From: Octopus bimaculoides | Taxonomy: Eukaryota | NCBI RefSeq assembly: GCF_001194135.2 | Contig: NC_068982.1 | Span: 185,524,066-185,587,779 of the forward strand | Direction of reading: 5' to 3' | Length of the DNA: 63,714 nucleotides | Shown: positions 13,196 to 25,870 of the stretch, piece after piece | Numbering within the stretch: position 1 is the first letter of the stretch | How the letters are laid out: every line of letters begins with the position of its first letter | Notes under the pieces: generated by a model | Databases searched by the model: none | Told to the model about the DNA's origin: nothing | The model's input: only the letters and a program-made list of their open reading frames with translations | Translations under genes and position numbers: made by a program

Positions 13196-14660
13196 ATGTC
13201 TAGAAAAAAAGCTATTAAGTGGAACTGAAGGTCGTAGTGCAAACTATAAAGGGATTATGTACACTGGATATTATATTTGAATCTTTAAGAAGGATTGATG
13301 TGGGAGAAAAATTAGCCATATTAAAAAAACATTATAGTTTGCAAAGCCTGCAGAGGGAATAATACATGTCAATAAAGAGAAAATTAAGGGCTTCAGAAAC
13401 TATCTAAATTTTATTTGTTTATGAACCAAACATAATGCTTAAAGTGAAATAGCTTTTGAGCATACAGATTGTGGTTCAGATTCAATGTAATTATGCCAAT
13501 ATGCATGATGGTAATTAAAAAAAAAACAGTCAAAAGTTTGTACGATGATTTGCAGAGAAAGGTGAAACTTCTAATGAAATTTTTTTTATTTTTGCTAATA
13601 AAAACTGGGTTGGAAGGTTCAAGAAGTACTTGAATTCACACAACATGAAAGTAACTGATGAAGCTGCCAGTGCTGATAGAGAAACTGCTAATTATCCTTA
13701 GCAACTGAAAGAAGTGAATGCTTAAAGGAGCTTACACACCAGAGTTAGTATACAATGTTGATGAAACTGCACTTTTATTTCTTGAGAAGAAAATTCAAAA
13801 CCAGGATTTACTACTTCTAAAACTCATTAAATGCTTCTTCTGGCGATAAGAAATTGAAGCTACTAGTCATATGTCACTCTGGAAATTGAAGAGCTAAGGG
13901 TTATGCAAAGTTCAATTCATTTCTGATTTGATGTTCAGATAAGAAGGTATGAATGACTATGCTTTAGAAAGGTGCAGTGCCAGTCCTATTGCCAACAAAA
14001 CATTGCTGCTTTTAGATAATGCTCTAAGTCATATGGTGAACTTAAATGAGCTTTCTGATAATATGAAAACAGAATATATCCCCAAGAATACAACTTCTTT
14101 GTTCCAACTAATGGATCAAGATGTCATAGTTTCAAAGGAAGCAATTGACAGGGAAAATAAAACTAGTTAGAAACTTCTGAAAGAAGTTCAACATAATAGA
14201 TGCTGAAGTTAACATAACTGAATCCTGGGATGAAGTGAGACCCTCAACTTTGAATGGTGCTCAGAAAAATATTTGGCTTGGTTGACCCAAGACCTTACAA
14301 GTTTTCTAGAAGCAGAAACTCTACATGATATTTGGAAAGATATAATGGTGTGGCAGAGTTTGAAGAAGTCAAAAGTGTATTGTGTGTTTGAGTTGCTAGT
14401 GCCCCATGGAGAAAGTTTATCAAACAAGGAGCTGATACTGTTGGAACAAGAACAAGATGAGAAGATGGAAAGTCACTTAAAATAATTGCAAAGAATATTG
14501 CTAAAGAGGAATGTGTGCAAGTTTTTACTTATAACTTAAGTCATAAACTAAATTAAAAACTACAAGTTTACCATGATTGTGGATCCTGCTCTGAGCTGTA
14601 CAAAGAGACGATGAGCCATAAACATAAAACAAGTTTAGATATATTCTTAATCATTTAAGT
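13196..14660 (+). pseudogene. Decayed pogo/Tigger-family DDE transposase
   Basis: Frameshifted remnants: NWVGRFKKYLNSHNMKVTDEAASADRE, YTPELVYNVDETALF, LLLLDNALSH, YIPKNTTSLFQLMDQDVI. Confidence 0.85.
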
Positions 14661-15380
14661 AGATGTTGATGAATTATAGGATAGCCTCCCACTCACCATT
14701 GCAACTCTAATTCTACAATCACCACCTCACATTCAGTGATCAATATCTTTTGTGGTGAGAACGTACCCTATTACGCTATTACAACTGTTAGCAGTTCTCT
14801 AACATATTTCTCTTCAAATGTTCTTATGTATACACATTGTACTGTATATGATTAGAAATTGTTATTTTCATGCATAAAAGCAATCATGTTGCTTGTTTTG
14901 TTGCGTTGAAAATAATTCTTCAAAATGCATCCTCAGTTTATAAAATGAAAATCAAAGGGAAAATTTGTTTTGTGTTGCAGTAGGATTTTCAGTAATGCAT
15001 TACACTTGCAATGAAGGGGATTCCTATATTTTCCTCTTTCACCCATACCTTTTCTGTATACATGTTTAGTTGAAATACATAAATCTGTTCCATGTTCAAT
15101 CTGAGATACTCTCTCCATCTGCCATCCATACACACACACACACACACACAAAAAAAAAAGGATCAGGTTTAAGTCAGTCATGATCAAAGATAGTGCAACT
15201 ATGACTTTACTGTCTCTTATTTAAACAGTATTGAACATATTAAACTACATTAGCCAATGTGTTTTGTTTTTTTTAAGTGGGAGAATGTGTTTTGAAGAAG
15301 ATCTGACTACTATTTCTGGCATGTTCAGTGACGAGAGAAACAGTGAATTAGAGAAACTTTTCAGTTACTGGAGCCTTTAT

Positions 15381-16272
15381 TACCTCCCCCTTAGCGAAGG
15401 CAGAGGTATTGTTCACAGTTGTGTTTGTTTGTTTGTCCATGGGCAAGATATCTCAAGAACTGCTGGATGGATCCGGCCTCATGACTGGCACAAACTAATT
15501 AAATTTTGAGATCAATCTGGTACCAGACAAAGGATTCTGGATTATTTGTTATGTTTACTTTACATGATTACAATCTTTCAAGTCTTTCTCAATTATTTCC
15601 ATTTAGGCTGTTTCCAAAGTTTTTATTTTCATTTCTCTATTATTAATTTTACTTGCATCTATCTTAGTAGAAACTGATGGATAAAGAAATCAAACTACAT
15701 AAACAAACGGCAGCAGAACCATTCAGAAATTAAGTAACACTAACATGTTTTTATAATATATGTATATTATGCATACATATTAATATTTTACAGTATACTT
15801 ACTTATATACATACATCTATACATTGATCTAAAACAACAGGAATGCTAAAGGAAGGCTGGAATTTAAGAGAAGAGAAAACCAAAAGGTTTCATGCTATTC
15901 ATTTAAAAATTCCTAAGTAGAACTTATTATTACCTCCTCCTTTGAAACTATTTTGAATGGTGAATCTGTTAAATTTGGATTGTATTAGATAAAGATAAAC
16001 TATTTATTATTGTTACTAAATTTTCTACAGCCACCTTCACATTCCATGACTACCATTAGGATTGATCAGGTACCGGAAAAGGATCCTGGATTATTTTTCT
16101 GGTCTTTTTACTTAATTTTTGAAAGCAGCCAGGTTCATTTTTAGTTTTCTCGTTTGTGAGAGAAGTCAAGTTTACTTCAGATATTCTCATTTTAAAAATC
16201 ATCTCTGGCTAATCGTTGAGAGGACGCTGGTGTTGCCATAGCAGAGTTTTGCACTGTCTGAGTGCACTTGCT
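15381..16272. mobile_element. Interrupted non-autonomous DNA element with ttattacctcc start and gcagagttttgcactgtctgagtgc end
   Basis: Ends resemble a widespread animal element type (ttattacctccgcc...ggcggaggt..gcactctctgagtgc); shared internal motif gatca..gtacc.ga.aaggat.ctggattattt at ~15510 and ~16053; second start-like motif at ~15925. Confidence 0.5.
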
Positions 16273-18629
16273 TAATTTGTTTTTAATGATTTAGTCAAGA
16301 GGAAGGGCAGTACTCAAAGTCTCTGAGACTAATAAGTAGAAGGGAGGAAGTTTTCCTCAGACCAGTGACTTGGCCTGAATGTTTGCAGAGTAGATTCCAA
16401 TGGCCAAGTGGTGATATTAAACCAGCGGTTGGATTAAATCTTGCATCTAAAGGCAGGAATGATTATTTTAACAGGTAGCCACACAAGTTTTCTATCATAG
16501 TACCACAATCCAGATCTATGGTAGAAACTTGCCTAAAGTACTTTGCAATGTTGTGGCAGTCTAGCTCCAGGGTTTTATGGATCTAGCAGGCCTTTGTCAA
16601 AATCTTACAGCTGTGACCATTCTGCCCTTTATTCAGACAGTGTATCCAGTAGCATATTGTCGAATGCGTCTTTCCATTTTTAAAGGCAATAAAGTCAGTT
16701 GAGATTTAGCTGCTATTTCTGAGAGGTTGAGTGATGATATAGGTTCCTCTCTATGGCTTATGTATGTCTGTACATGTATCTGTTCTTTTTGCTTTTTATT
16801 TAGATTGGCAGAGATAAGATTTATACTAATAAAATGTTAGATTATATCCATATATCAACAGGAATTGATTATTCATTTTAACAAAAAGGAAGTCTGTGTT
16901 TGTTATATAGCAGAAATGGCTGACACATTAGAGAAATAGTTTCTGTTTTGAAACTGTGCTCTACACTGTTTTAAGTTCAAATCCAACTTGTGTTGGCTTT
17001 GTTATTTGATCCTCGGGGATTTATAACACGAGAACCAATATATACTGGACTTATTTAAATCAACTTAATAAAAAAAAATCATTGTGCAACCACAACAGCA
17101 GTAACAAATGTCACACCCATAATAATGTGGCCGCAATTTTCAGCAAAGTCCACTGAGAGTTAATTGGACATCATCATGTTAGTGTTGATGTTGTTGTTGC
17201 TGTATCTAACATTCTGCTAGGATAGATATTTCAACCAGGAACGCAACTTAAGCAATAACTGGGCCAACTTGAAACTTGAATCCTAAAAATTCTAACACAT
17301 TCACTGAGATAAACAGTGTAAATAAAACAATCCAAAAGATATGGTTGAATATTTTGATAATGAAGCTTCTGTGGAATTGGGGTGGGACATTAGAATTAGG
17401 CCACTCTAAATGCTGAGAAATGGCAGACAGACATTTACGGATATTTCAACCATACCTTCAACAAACATAAATAACAATAATTAAATAATGACTTTATCAA
17501 TCTCCTCCCACATTCTTTCATGAGTTTTCCTTTCTTTAATTACTTTTTAAATGAGAAGCAGCTTTGCCCCAAATTGCAGAAACATTTAAATGTACAAATT
17601 ATCGTCATTCTTCTTATCACTCGTCACCAATGCCGCCGCCACCACCACCACCATCTTTGACATTATAAAATGTTAGGGTTGCAGCAACAGGAAGCCAAAT
17701 TCAATTTATTTTTATCAAAACTCACTCAGGAAAGTACAACTCAAGATGTTAATTATTCCAAATATTTCAGATTTTCACTAACATCATCATCAACCTAATA
17801 TTCAAAGCCCTCTTATTCTAAAACATTGCTGTTTAAAATGTTTGTTACTTCAATACTTTTAGTATTTTTTCACATATTTTTATTGTTGTTGTGTATTGTT
17901 GATTTTGTTGTCCTTATATAAAAACTTATTGCAACTGACTTTTTCAACACTGGCACAGGGCTATATTTATAAGCAGCAGGCATAGTTCATAAGACTGACC
18001 CTTAGAATATTACTGGTACTTTTTTGCAATTATATATTTCAATCATAATCATAGAATTGTTTAACGCACAATCAAATGTACCATTAATAACTATTACATA
18101 CATCATCTGCATGTGTTTGTGTGCGTGTGTGTGCTTTCATGTGTATTTGGAAGTGGTCCCAAATTGCCACTGAGCAATTGTTCTACTCTTGGAGGCAGAG
18201 ATAATTTCAATAAATCAAGAATTAAACGTGTAGGATATTTATTAGACCCTAATCTTTGTTGTTCAAATGTCACTGTCCACACTAAATTATTTCTCTTGGC
18301 TCATTTTCATTTCATTTATGCAAATTATCTAATCTAAAAATGTGGTTTTTTCCCCCTTTTTTTTTGTATACGTCTAAGTGTCCCATCTGTTGAAGATAAG
18401 ACAACTGGTACTGATGACAACTACCAAAACAAACATCACCAAGCTGTCCCCTTGTCTCCCTACAATCAGACTCTTTTTCTTAATAGCATGTCGATTTTGA
18501 AGAATTCGTGAGATTATCTCCACTTCTCATTTGGAATTAGTCCCAGTTACCATCAAGCAAGTTGCTCTACTCCCTCTAGTAAGTTGTTCTACTTTTAATA
18601 ACATCTATGCCAGCGACACATAAGAAGCA

Positions 18630-18800
18630 CCCGTGCTGGTGACACATAAAAGGTACCCAGTACACTTCATGGAGTGGTTGGCATTAGGAAGGGCATCCAA
18701 CCATAGAAACCAAGCCAGAACAGACTGGCACCTGGTGCAGCTCCAGTCGAACTATCTTACCCATGCTAGCATGGAAAAGACGCTAAATGATGATGATGTA
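18630..18800 (+). mobile_element. Older RTE 3' tail
   Basis: gtggttggcattaggaagggcatccaacc...catgctagcatggaaaagacgctaaatgatgatgatg. Confidence 0.75.
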
Positions 18801-20399
18801 AGAGAGATAGGTACCATTAGCCTTATCTGTAGCATGGTTCACACTGGTTTACAATAAAAACGAAATCTCCCCCTCTAAACAGCTTGATCTGGTTTCATCC
18901 TCTGGAGTCCTAATATTCTGATGTCTGCACCAATTCCCCTCCCACAGCCACCATTGCATCTCTCTTGGTCTATCACTCTACACTCTATGAGTACTTTCTT
19001 CTAACATCACAACAGATCTATTTACTGAGTATATACCATCCAGTCACAATACAAGTCAATAACTAAGCGCTCTTAACTTTGAAGCTGTCACTTTTTTCAA
19101 CTGTTCCTATTACATGGTTTATATTTTACATTTACTCTAAACATAATCCTCTCCAGTTGCTGCTGATTCTGGCATTCTTTGTTACACACTCCTCAGTGCC
19201 CCATACAATCACACACAAAGAAACTTATTTCTAACAGAAGTAGAAGGCACTAAAATGCTTCCGATCCCAACTCAAGCTTTATTATTATTATATCATCGAG
19301 ATAACAGCTGGTATCTACTGCTCGCAGCTGCCCTCCCAGTAGCTTAATAAAGTGAATGCTATTATATTTAATGAAGCAAGATAAGAAATTCTAATTAATT
19401 ACAGTTATGCTTTTAATGATGGGAACAATCATTATCTAAATGACCAACTTTAGTTTTTTATAAAAAAAAAAAAAGACTCAATTTAAATAAGGAAAATTAA
19501 ATAAGGAATATAGTAAATCTGATCTTCAGTATTATGGTGACAACTACGAACAGATGAAAATTTAATTCAAATTTCTTTGTTTACTGCATCAAATATGTTA
19601 AAAGCCACTTTACTACCAAGTTTTTATGCTGTAGGTGTACCCAGGTATTTTTTAAAGATTTCTTTATTTATAATTATCATTGTTAGTTACTTCAGATCCT
19701 TTGTCAGCCAACTATTAACAATGATATGGTGTATTGGTTACTGTATTATTGCCACAAGCAGCAGTAGCATAGCTAAAGTATATGCCGCCTGGGGCAGCTT
19801 TGAGCAACCCCTTCCCTTGCAGCAATACAACTTATCCAGACTTATACAGCAGACCCAAAAGTGCAACCTCCATAAAAACATCACCTGGGGGTCGTCCCCC
19901 ACCTTACCACCTCAACACTACTGACTAGAAAAATAATACAGCAAATAATAGAGATAGAGAGAGAGTATGTCAGCAAACAGCAAATACAGCTGCTCTCTTT
20001 TACTAGGTTAATGTGTTTTATAAAAATATGTTCAATAGCAAAAGACATTGATTTTCATAGGAATGGATGAACTAGAAATGAGGATTGAGGAACGTGAAAG
20101 GATTTAGGTGAACATTTCCCACTATTTCCCTTATACTCAGAAAGTAGAAACTATATATAGTTCCAACTTAAAAGCAAAGCCAGGTGCATATTGTGTATAT
20201 CTCCTCAGCAATGCACTAATCATTATGCCCAGTATGGCGACTCTCTGGAATTCTCCCTTTGCACATTTTTCCTATAATCAACTTGCAACTGCTTAACAGG
20301 AAAATTAACTGCATCAATCTCATCAGCTTCGATGGTTTATGAAGGCCATGAGTGCATCCCTTCCTTGAGACCAATTCAATAAAGATATTTAAAAAAATG

Positions 20400-22190
20400 T
20401 TTTGACAAGGTTAAGTGGGTAGATAAAAGATATTCTTTTGAAAAGCCACCAGCCTAACACAGTTATTATTTCCAGGTACACATACATGATTGGCAAATTC
20501 AGTCATCATCGCCTGTTCAGATACATTTTGCCCTGTCACTACTGCCACTACAACACTCTTTGTTTCTCTGAACAAGTTAGCTGTATACTCCCATCCCCAA
20601 TCATCATGTTGATTGTGTCTTGCCTCAGCGACATCACAAAAAACACCCTCTTGGTCCTTCTTTCTCAGAATCATCATCATCATTTAACATCCATCTTCCA
20701 TCCTGGCATACCTTACAGAAATTTCTTTTTTTTAACAGATGCACATGAACTGCACCTACCTCACTAATCTGTAATGTCCTAAAAAGGACTTGTCGTCCTT
20801 CTTCAAAGAAGGTGATCTTTGAACATTCCACAGAATGAAGAACAAAAGCAGTCAAAATTGGCAGATAAACTCAGGTGTGTTGGTAGCTGTCCACTACTGA
20901 AAGGGTGCTCCATAGCATCACTTCAAATAAGTCACACTTTGGATGCTTACTGCCCAACCATAGAATCAGTATGACTTGACCTGTCCTTACCTGCTGTGTA
21001 TAGCACAGTTCACAGACAGTGTTACAAGAAACTGCAAATGCTATCACCACTTGAATTTTCTTTGCAAACAATACAATATTGTCAATAAGCCCATCATTAT
21101 CAAATGATTGGAGCTGGTAGAGGTACATCACTTAAATTATCTGGGCAATACAGTTAGATGATAAGCGATGATAAGTGATGAACTAGAATGAGCCATGTCA
21201 GTTTGGCATTTAGAAGACAGAGGGGCAACTGTGAAACAGCAATCATGCCATAATCCAGATGAGAGTGCCAGTTATACCAGGTATTTATCCAACTTATACA
21301 TATTGGCAGGACTGATGATATACCTCAAACATGCTTAAAGAAACTGCATGTGTTCATGAGACTCATGAAGATCATGGGCAAAGGAAACAGCCTGGAGAAA
21401 GCTAAATTTCCTAGCATGAAAGAGATATAGATGGAAAGAAACCACTTCCATTCTTTTGTTTCAGTCATTTGACTGTGGCCATGCTGGAGCACTGCCTTTA
21501 GTTGAGTAAATCANNNNNNNNNNNNNNNNNNNNNNNNNNNNNNNNNNNNNNNNNNNNNNNNNNNNCATTCTTTTGTTTCAGTCATTTGACTGTGGCCATG
21601 CTGGAGCACTGCCTTTAGTTGAGTAAATCAACCCCAGGACGGGGTTGAGTAAATCAACCCCAAAGTCTCGTACGTATTCCATCAGTCTCTTTTGCTGAAC
21701 CACTAAGTTACGGGGATGTGAACACACCAGCATCAGTTGTCAAGCGATGTTGGGGGGACACAGACACACACACACACATATATATATACAACAGGCTTTT
21801 TTCAGTTTCTGTCTACCAATTCCATTCACAAGGCTTTGGTCGGCCCGAGACTATAGTAGAAGACACTTGCCCAAGGTGCCATGCAGTGGAACTGAACCTG
21901 GAACCATGTGGTTGGTAAGCAAGCTACTTACCACACAGCCACTGAACTTGTTTTAAAAAAAAATGAGAGTAAACTTGGTTCCCAACGCAAATATTCTATT
22001 TAGAGCTGGCTAGTGGTACAAGAAGCCAGAGAAGACCTTCAATGAGACTCAAGGATGTGGTAAGATGTAATGTGAAAAGATTGATACCTAGAGCTGAGCC
22101 ACAACAACTGAATATTTCGAATGGATAGCCATTGTCAACTATCAACAGGCTACCTGTGATGGTGATATATACAAGCTTTGGTACAGTTTC
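20400..22190 (+). pseudogene. Highly decayed older RTE-clade RT fossil, interrupted by a SINE and a gap
   Basis: Plus-strand remnants IIIK*LELVEVHHLNYLGNTV and ELASGTRSQRRPSMRLKDV resemble RTE motifs ITI..LEVV.QFTYLGST and GELASGKR..GRP.LRFKDV. Confidence 0.55.
21449..21943 (-). mobile_element. Composite family B SINE (tRNA head, core, microsatellite, 3' tail) spanning gap 21514-21565
   Basis: Head at 21790-21943 matches 6337-6495; tail matches 39345-39560. Confidence 0.8.
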
Positions 22191-25100
22191 TATAATCAAA
22201 TTTCAATCACAGAGAAACTAATTAAGTAAACTTCTATACTGACAGAGAAACCAAGAGAAATTCCATAATTTTCATGGCTTCTTATACACCACTGTATGAC
22301 ATGTGCATATTTGTGAGTGATATGTAGGCGTGTTATCATGTAGGTGTATGTGAGATACACACACACATATATATATGATGTCCTGTACCCATATATGCAT
22401 GTATATATACATATATATATAGTTGTTTGCATATATGAGATATCTAAGTGTGCTATAAGTAATTTCCCTCCTGTCATTAAACTTTTACACTGCTTCTTTT
22501 ATCACAAAAGTGAGGTAGGTGAATGACTGCTAATCTCAATAACTATTATTTATCGTTAATAAACTGTGCTTTCACAAAGCTTTTAGGAGAATGGTAGTTA
22601 TAACATTCATGGCCTTTCTGAAGAGTTTACTCATGTAATCCTTGGTTGTATGCCAAGACTAAAATTTAATGTATCCACATAGCTCACTGAGAGCTTACAG
22701 CACTTAGTACTTGACAAGAAAATGTGGGTAGATATGAATTAAGGAGAAATGATGGATAATAACAGAGGTGGACAATGATAAAAGAGATGGATGACAATAG
22801 AAAGTGGCCTATGAAAGAATGAGTGGTAACTGACAGTACAGTTACATATATATAATGTCAAGAATATATTTATAAAAATAAGTTAATCCAATTTACTGGA
22901 GCCTTTGGTGGTTATATATATAGAAGTCAACTGCCACTATATATATATAAAATCACTGAAGAAAGTTAGAGATGGTTAATCACTTGACCATAAAATCTAA
23001 AAATCAAAAAACACCAGTCCAACAAATCCCATATTATGTCCGTACTGAGATAGTATGAAAAATACAATTGTTTGTGATTATCCATTTTACATAATTATAT
23101 TTAATTTACATCTGCAGTGTTGGGGAAATCTATAAGTTCTCTCACACTCATATAAAAACCAAATACGTTTAATGTGTCAGAAATACATGCACACACATAG
23201 ATAAGTGATAGATATTATATAACATGTCTGTATAGTTATTGTAAGATGTTGAATAAACTGAAATCTATGTTAACTGAACAAGTGCTCAACATCACAACCA
23301 CAAGCCAATGGCAACTGGCTTGAAATAGCAACCAAATTGCTCACATATCTCATTCTCATGTAACTGCATAAAAAAAAAGTTGGTACTCTAGATCCTGTAG
23401 TCCTAGATAGACTGTGCTTATAGAGAAGACAGAATGGTGACAGTTGGCACACTTTTGATTATAGAACTGCTGGCTCAACAACAGGGCAGACTACCACAAC
23501 TGGATGTACACCTTATCACAGTTGTCCTAGTGTTAACCTAAATTCAATACAGTTAACCCACAATTAAACGTACTACACTTAACAGCCAGCTCAATCCAAT
23601 GTAATTACATCACTACCTTCCCACCCCAGTAAAACAATTGCTTCCATACCAGGAGAATTACCTCATCAGCAACTGTAGGCTATCACCACCATTACCACAA
23701 ATATCAGCAATACTGTCAGCAACAACATCGGTACCACCACCATCACCATTCAATGGAATGTTTCCAGAATGGAATCCCAGCAGTCAGAGAAATCAAGAGA
23801 AATTCCATAATTTTCATGGTTTCTTCTACGTCACTGGATGACATCTGTGCATGTGTTTGTGCATGCATGAGAATTATAGTGTGTTATAGTGTTTGTGTGT
23901 GAGTGTATGAGGTGTCTCGGTGTGCTACAGTGCAAATGTGTTTGCATGTATCTGATAACCACTTATGCTATAAGTGTGTGTGTTGTCTTTATCTCTGGAA
24001 ACAACCAAATTCCATGAATAACAGTCACATTCCCCTCCCCCAACATCATTAACAACTGAAGCTGTGTCACGCTACACTGGAGACTGAGATAGAAGGGAGA
24101 GGAAGGCAGGCATTGGAATGAACGTTGTTGAGGCTGTAGTCTGGAATTCACATCACATACGCTGGATCAATGTTGCATATACCAATATTGGATCAGTTAT
24201 GTACACACAGTAAATCATTGTCACACACACACACACAAAAGCAGTTTTACATGCACATTGGATCAATTGTTTTAGACATGTTTCATTTCATAAAATAAGT
24301 CTGTGCTGTAAATTTCTTTCATTCAACAAACACACACAAATATCTAGTTTCTATATTGACTCTCACACTGATAACAGACATACATGCACAACAGCAGATC
24401 AAGCAGTATACATGTGTGCATTTATACTCCCCAGAACAACTGATACGACGAGAGTATGGTGAAGCATCATTAAATGTACTCCATATTTGACTGAATGCAT
24501 TACCACTATTGAAATAAGACTGAACACAAAGGAAAGGAAGGATTAACAGAATATTTGTATATTCAGTTGTCTTGGAGAGCAAAATCAAAGTGTTAATAAA
24601 AATACCTTGTGGTATTGATACACGTATCTGCTCTATATAGAGAGTTATAATAGATGGTACACCTAGCTTCTCTATAGAGAGTTACATGGTACATCTATTC
24701 CATATAGTGTTACCCTAGGTTAACCACAGACATGTCCAACCATTCCATAATTCTATTATCCTGTGTTAACTAATGACATGAATAAAATTCTATAGTAATA
24801 TCATAGGTTAATTCAGAGCTTGAGTTATCAGTTTATAGCAAAGAAAAAAATATTGGTAAGATAATTCCTGCAGAAACATGACTAGAATGTACATCTACAA
24901 TAGCTAATTTGACCCAATGTGGTCGCTTGACTTGCTAGAAATAACAGTCAAATATTCTACTATCTTAAAAAGGAGTGAAGAAAAAATTGGATAATGTATT
25001 CCTACAAATGTTGCATCTCAAAAAAAAAAAAAAAAAAAAAAATGTTTGCAGCCCCTTTGACTATAGGTTTATTTGATCAGGGCTGACATAAGGGTTAATA

Positions 25101-25439
25101 ACAACACTAGTTATTTATTGATATTTTCATCTTATTCATTTAGAAATACTCAGTCATCAGTAATATTTCCTGTTCTTTGAAAAAAAATTGATACATCAAA
25201 GGGGGAATCTATTTTGATGAGTAGGATGACTAAGAAAGCTATTTAATAAAATGGATTTTTTACAACAAATTTTGACATTATTAGTTAAATTAGGAAAGAT
25301 CAAGGAATGTTAATCAATGTAAATTTAAAAGCATGGATTCGAAGAAGAAGGGTAATGGTATGCTATGACAAACGGGAATACTAAAAGGTATGTCTTAGTC
25401 AAGTAAACATCTAGGATTTGAGAGAGTGCAATTTGTAAA

Positions 25440-25870
25440 TTCGAGACCTTTGGAAATGTGCTGTGCGTGAGAAGACCCGGCAAGCCAAGATCGTTGCCAG
25501 TGCCCCTGGACTGGTTCTTGTGCGGATGGCACATGAGATGCACCATTTTGAGCGTGGCCGTTGCCAGTACCGCCTGACTGGCTCCTGTAGGATTTTCGAG
25601 CGAGATCGTTGCCAGTGCCCCTGGACTGGCTTGTGCGGGTGGCACATAAAAGACACCATTTCGAGCGTGGCCGTTTTCGTGCGGGTGACACGTAAAAGCA
25701 CCCACTACACTCTCTGAGTGGTTGGCGTTAGGAAGGGCATCCAGCTGTAGAAACTCTGCCAAATCAGACTGGAGCCTGGTGTTGCCATCCGGTTTCACCA
25801 GTCCTCAGTCAAATCGTCCAACCCATGCTAGCATGGAAAGCAGACGTTAAACGATGATGATGATGATGAT
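25440..25870 (+). mobile_element. Young RTE LINE 3' end: last RT codons, tandem hairpin 3' UTR and (GAT)n tail
   Basis: RDLWKCAVREKTRQAK matches the C-terminus of ORF 34331-34960; tandem gttgccagt...actgg units follow. Confidence 0.9.

Noticed and set aside
17726-17817. Minus-strand segment with ttttag acceptor and gtgagt donor
   Set aside because: All three frames contain stops and there is no other support.
20991-21113. Apparent 123-nt minus-strand exon (LQSFDNDGLIDNIVLFAKK...CYTQQ|gtaagg) and a neighbour at 20760-20816
   Set aside because: The opposite strand reads as a decayed RTE RT (LELVEVHHLNYLGNT), so the open frame is probably antisense to a fossil.
21449-21630. Direct repeat on both sides of gap 21514-21565
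   Set aside because: An identical sequence abutting an N-run is typical of a scaffolding overlap artefact.
22004-22059. Plus-strand exon-like segment with donor gtaaga
   Set aside because: It translates to the RTE motif ELASGTRSQRRPSMRLKDV and is transposon-derived.
24420-24511. Strong minus-strand acceptor with two open frames, one weakly TLC-domain-like (HLMMLHH)
   Set aside because: No convincing donor, and the resemblance rests on a few residues.
25490-25700. Repeat-spacer-like pattern resembling a CRISPR array
   Set aside because: Eukaryotic context, non-unique spacers, no cas genes, and position within a LINE 3' UTR.
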